A DNA stretch of 64,000 nt, taken from NCBI RefSeq assembly GCF_009914755.1, contig NC_060925.1, one strand, 5' to 3'. Under the pieces are notes generated by a model. It was given only the letters and a program-made list of their open reading frames with translations, ran no database searches and had not been told where the DNA came from. This document shows, piece after piece, positions 59,122-64,000 of the stretch. Both the position numbers and the translations under genes were made by a program. Numbering within the stretch: the stretch's first letter is position 1; the number at the start of each line of letters is the position of its first letter. The stretch is from the human T2T-CHM13v2.0 reference genome, Homo sapiens.

Positions 59122-60657
59122 CGTTATTTCTTTTCTTTCTCAACTAATTGATTTAAAAACTAAACAAATTACCTAGAAAAACTTTCTTTCCAAGATCTAA
59201 TATGAAGATAAATTTCAACTATTCTTTCTGATCCACAGAGCTAATTGCTAAAACTTGCATCTTAATGTTACATATTTTAAAATGCTTCCAAGTTGGTAGC
59301 CTTTAAACTGCACCAGTCTTTCTAATGCTGATAGTTTTTGAATGAACAATATAAAAATCTGCTTCTTTATTCATAAGTTGTAATCAAAGCATTTTCTTTG
59401 CTAATAAATTTATATTTGATTTGTCTTTTTAAAAAGTTTTTCAGATAAACTACAGGTCCTGAATGTAGACGAGTCTATTTCATAAAATAATCATTTGTAT
59501 ATTTAAATTCATATTCATTCAGTTGTTTGTCTGGTTAAACCAGGTCTCTTTTGGACTGTTATTAGCTGTGGAGGCAGATAAGGGTGGTGTATTGATTGGG
59601 AACGTGGGGTTTAGTGGTGATGGGTAATCAGTTCATAATACAACAAAATACCAAACTTCAGAAGCAAACTTTACGTCAGTTTGATGGTGTCTAATCTCCG
59701 TGCATGTACCTCCCTGAATATAAATAGCTCTAGCATGAAATTTCTACTGGTTTATAGGTTCTTAAGTCACTCTGAAGACACCTAAATAATCACAAAGGAA
59801 TAAACTGGCAAACTTTAGTTTTCATTGCTCTTATAGGAATTCTGCAGCTCATGTCAAGTCACCAGTGACATTTTTGTCAGCATGTATGTTTTATTGGCTC
59901 ATGTAGAAATCATTAATTATTGTATTAAACATAGGACCTTAAATCAATTAGGGAAAGATATTAAAGTGTTGGTTATTTTGTGATTTTTTTTTTTTTAAAA
60001 GATACATGAAAAGGAAATCTTGAGTTTTGGGTTTTTTCCTTTCGTGGAGAGCTATTAGGCCATAATCACTTATCCATTGACACCATTTAAATGTTATTAA
60101 AATGTATTGCAGAAAGCTAGTTTTTAAAATATATTATTATTGACTTTATTACTTCTTTCTGCTATTTTAGAATTAAATTAAGCATGTTTTCTTTTTTTTT
60201 TTTTTGAGCTTGTATTTTTATTTTCAGTTTTATATATACTTAAATACTTTTAACAAATAGAATCCTCATTTTTCCTACCAGGACTTAAAGTTTCTATGTG
60301 GAAAATAAGGTTGCAACAGTGATGCAGTGTGGCATGTTAAGAAGAAGAAAACAAATCTTAAATTTTTAATTTAATATTTACTAAAGTGAATTACTGCATT
60401 CTTTCTAAATTATACTGTTCAAATATGTAATAAAGTGTGTTTTTTAACCATCTGCTGACTTTAATAACTTTCTAATCAACTTTTTGTACAGCTTATAAAT
60501 TTCAAGATTAATAAACCTTTAGAATTGTCAGTGTCTTCTCAGCTCTGAATAAAGTAACAAACTTTTAAAATTAAGAATAATTACATTTTATTTAAGTACC
60601 TACTTGATGACTATTGTAGACAAAAGCTCTTATGTGTTCTTTTCTTCGTTATTATAG

Positions 60658-60763
60658 TTCTGCAGAATCAGAAGATTTGGCAGTACATTTATATCCAGGA
60701 GCTGTTACTATTCAAGGTGTTCTCAGGAGAAAAACTTTGTTAAAAGAAGGCAAAAAGCCTACA
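60658..60763 (+). CDS. RALGPS2: RALGPS2 exon (~16), PH-domain start: SAESEDLAVHLYPGAVTIQGVLRRKTLLKEGKKPT
   Basis: TTATAG acceptor, GTAAGA donor, 106 nt, in frame with either upstream exon. Confidence 0.94.
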
Positions 60764-60889
60764 GTAAGATTTCATCATATTATATTTTAATACACCTCTA
60801 AAAATATGCAAATTTATAAGACTCTGTAAAAGTACTAAAACAATTAAAATAAAACCTGATTATAGTAGACTTGAAATAATATTAAATAA

Positions 60890-61462
60890 GGTCCTCCCCT
60901 CTTATCCTTGGGTCATCCATTCCAAGATCCCCCGGGGATGACTGAAACCTCAGATAGTACCAAACCAAATTACCATCATTTGGAACATGTTTCTGTTCAT
61001 GTCTTCCATTCACAAATATAATACCTTTTCTATCTTAACTAAGCACTTAAGCCCACACAGTAACCGTAACTTTTGCAGTTTGCGATGCTATAGCAAAACT
61101 AGCATGAATTTCTTTTTCCTTCTTCACAATTTCACAGATACAAAATTTGTTCTTACCATGGATCTTAGCAACCTTAGCGTCTAATTTTTCTTTCCTTAAT
61201 CCAAGAAGTTTTCTTTTCACTTAAGGAAGCAGTGGGGAGTGGGACACAAGGGTAGCACATATAGTGTGGAGACGCTGGACAAAGAAAGGGAAGATTATGT
61301 CCACAGAAGCACAGAGCAGAACTGTGTGAGATTTTATCATGTTACTCAGAACAACACATGATTTTAAAACCTGTGAATTGTTTATTTCTCAAATTTTCCA
61401 ATAAATATTTTTAGACTATGGTTGCCTGTGGGTAACTGAAACCACAGATAAGAGGGAAAATA
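60890..61462 (+). mobile_element. MER44/Tigger7-type non-autonomous TcMar DNA transposon
   Basis: Terminal inverted repeats CCCTCTTATC (~60897-60906) / GATAAGAGGG (61447-61456); TTCCAAGATCCCC...GAAACC...GATAGTACC 5' motif. Confidence 0.75.
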
Positions 61463-62099
61463 TTGTACACATTTGTTTCACCATGTTTTCTTAACATAAA
61501 ATGTTATTATATGTGCCATATAGATTTCTGTTAAATCATGTGTTAAGGGTGCTTAAATCCTGTACTTTTTTTTACCCCCATTATAGTTCGTATACAAAAT
61601 TATTTCTTAGAGAACCCTGAAAGTATATCATGAAGAAGTATTTTAGTATTAAGTTTAGGTAAAATAGAAAATAAAGAGTAACAACCCTAAAAAATGGAAT
61701 TTGATTGTGTTTTATCATTTTATTTAAATTCCTGTAATACAGTTTTGTTTTCTACATAACATAGAATCCAAATATTAAATGCTTTCCAAACCTATAACTA
61801 TATTGGGGGGGGAAAAAAGGAAGATTGGTGGAACAAAGCTCTTAATATGTATCAAAGAAGTTTCTTCTTCCTCAACACCAGCATAGTAGTTTGACTACTA
61901 AGGAACAATTTTTTTCCCTTTCTCAAATTTGAAATATAAAACCTTTGATATATATTCACACTTAAAGCTTTTGAAGATATGGGGGCTTCATATAAGTAAT
62001 CTTATTTTGTTGTTTATATCACAGTAAGCCAAAGGCACATACAAATCAAGAATCTCTTAGGCAGGCTAGTGAACTCAGAATTGCATGTCAGTTGAAGCA

Positions 62100-63180
62100 T
62101 TACCATACCTTTTGTGTGCTGGATGCTAGAAATAGAGCAGTGAACAAGGTGAGGCAAAGTGTCTTCCTCCTGGATTACATTTCAGTGAGGAGAAATAGAG
62201 AATAAGGCTTTAAAATAATGTCATAGGATACAGAATGATGGGGCAAGGAGGGATGCCACCATGGCAAAACATTTGAGCTGAGATCTGAATGAGGAAGGTG
62301 AGTTAGCTGTGTGAATATCTAGAGTTCAGGAGACAAGAAGGCTTGTGTAGTTTACGCATTGAAATTGGGGAAGGTGGAGGAGATCAAGTAAGAGGCAAAA
62401 GCTGGAGTTGTTTGATGATAAATTAAACATGATGTATGAGAGAAAGAGTGAAAACAAAGATAACTTCTAGGTTTGGGGACTGAGATGGGTGTATGTTGGG
62501 GACATTTATTGAAATGGGGGGCAGGTCAGTCTTGGCCAAGTTCAGTTTGATATGCTTATTAAACATTCAAGTGGAGGTGTCATTGTGGCTGTTGAAAAAG
62601 TATGGATCATGAGGTCAGCAGAGAGGTGGCAGGGAGATAGATTTGGGAGTCATTAGCATACAGATAGATAGTATTTGAAATATGGAACTGGATGATAGAT
62701 TATCTAAGAAGAAAGTATAGCTAGAGAAGAAAACAAGGTTGGAGATGGGGCTCTGTAGCATTAAAGGTCTCCCACAAAGAAGAGTATAAAGGAAAACTAA
62801 GGAACTGTTATCCCAGAAGCCTAGCAGTTACAGTACTTCAAAAAGCAAAGAGTGGCCAGCTGGGTCAGATGCTGTTAAGAGGCTGGCTATGATAAGGATA
62901 GAGGCTTTGCTAAAATTACAATCATCAGTGACCTTGATGGCCCAAAAGCCAAATGAAATGAGTTAAGTAGAAAATGGGCAAAACAGAAGAAGTAGAGGCA
63001 AGATTTAGAGACACCCTTGCAAGAAGTTATGCTGTGAAAAGGAGAAGAGAAATTGGTTGGTGTCTGGGGAGTGAGGAGATGGGTCAAAGGAGGGATTTTA
63101 AAGGTGGGAGTACTATTAAGGTTCATTTGTATAATGGTGGTAGAGGGAGAGAGATTGAGAAGCAATGGAGTTAATTGCAA
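62100..63180 (-). mobile_element. L2 relic
   Basis: TTTGAGCTGAGATCTGAATGA, ATTTGGGAGTCATTAGCATA and CAGTGACCTTGA motifs; approximate. Confidence 0.6.
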
Positions 63181-63191
63181 AAGCAAACTTC

Positions 63192-64000
63192 TTTATTTTT
63201 TTTTTCTTTTTTTTTTTTTATTATACTTTAAGTTTTAGGGTACATGTGCACATTGTGCAGGTTAGTTACATATGTATACATGTGCCATGCTGGTGCGCTG
63301 CACCCACTAACTCGTCATCTAGCATTAGGTATATCTCCCGATGCTATCCCTCCCCCGACCCCACAACAGTCCCCAGAGTGTGATATTCCCCTTCCTGTGT
63401 CCATGTGATCTCATTGTTCAATTCCCACCTATGAGTGAGAATATGCGGTGTTTGGTTTTTTGTTCTTGCGATAGTTTACTGAGAATGATGATTTCCAATT
63501 TCATCCATGTCCCTACAAAGGACATGAACTCATCATTTTTTATGGCTGCATAGTATTCCATGGTGTATATGTGCCACATTTTCTTAATCCAGTCTATCAT
63601 TGTTGGACATTTGGATTGGTTCCAAGTCTTTGCTATTGTGAATAATGCCGCAATAAACATACGTGTGCATGTGTCTTTATAGCAGCATGATTTATAGTCC
63701 TTTGTGTATATACCCAGTAATGGGATGGCTGGGTCAAATGGTATTTCCAGTTCTAGATCCCTGAGGAATCGCCACACTGACTTCCACAATGGTTGAATTA
63801 GTTTACAGTCCCACCAACAAATTTACAAGAAAAAAACAAACAACCCCATCAAAAAGTGGGCGAAGGACATGAACAGACACTTCTCAAAAGAAGACATTTA
63901 TGCAGCCAAAAAACACATGAAAAAATGCTCATCATCACTGGCCATCAGAGAAATGCAAATCAAAACCACAATGAGATACCATCTCACACCAGTTAGAATG
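63192..64000 (-). mobile_element. Young (L1PA2-like) 5'-truncated, 5'-inverted L1, running off the window
   Basis: Poly-T, 3'UTR and ORF2 C-terminus on the minus strand (63192-63819); ORF2 sequence switches to the + strand at 63816-64000. Confidence 0.95.

Overview
This is human (primate) intronic DNA from the RALGPS2/ANGPTL1 locus. On the + strand, nine coding exons of RALGPS2 (Ral GEF with PH domain and SH3-binding motif 2) splice in frame from the CDC25 domain through the PxxP motif to the start of the PH domain. They are probably exons 8-16; that numbering is from memory. The whole ANGPTL1 gene lies antisense inside the ~44 kb RALGPS2 intron at 280-44232: two putative 5'UTR exons and four coding exons that give a 1476-nt, 491-aa CDS. 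The rest is repeats: a full-length but dead L1, a 5'-inverted L1 at the right edge, about 19 Alus, a MER44/Tigger7-type element, and MIR/L2 relics. I see no evidence of a wholly new gene system, and most ORFs in the track are repeat-derived or shadow ORFs. The best leads are: (1) an L1 that looks like an old-young-old mosaic; (2) a templated-insertion scar with iterative priming inside an Alu target-site duplication; (3) a candidate intronic-polyadenylation ANGPTL1 isoform with only the coiled coil; (4) uORFs in the ANGPTL1 leader, including one contained in a single exon; (5) the splicing-regulatory module around the 78-nt RALGPS2 cassette exon.
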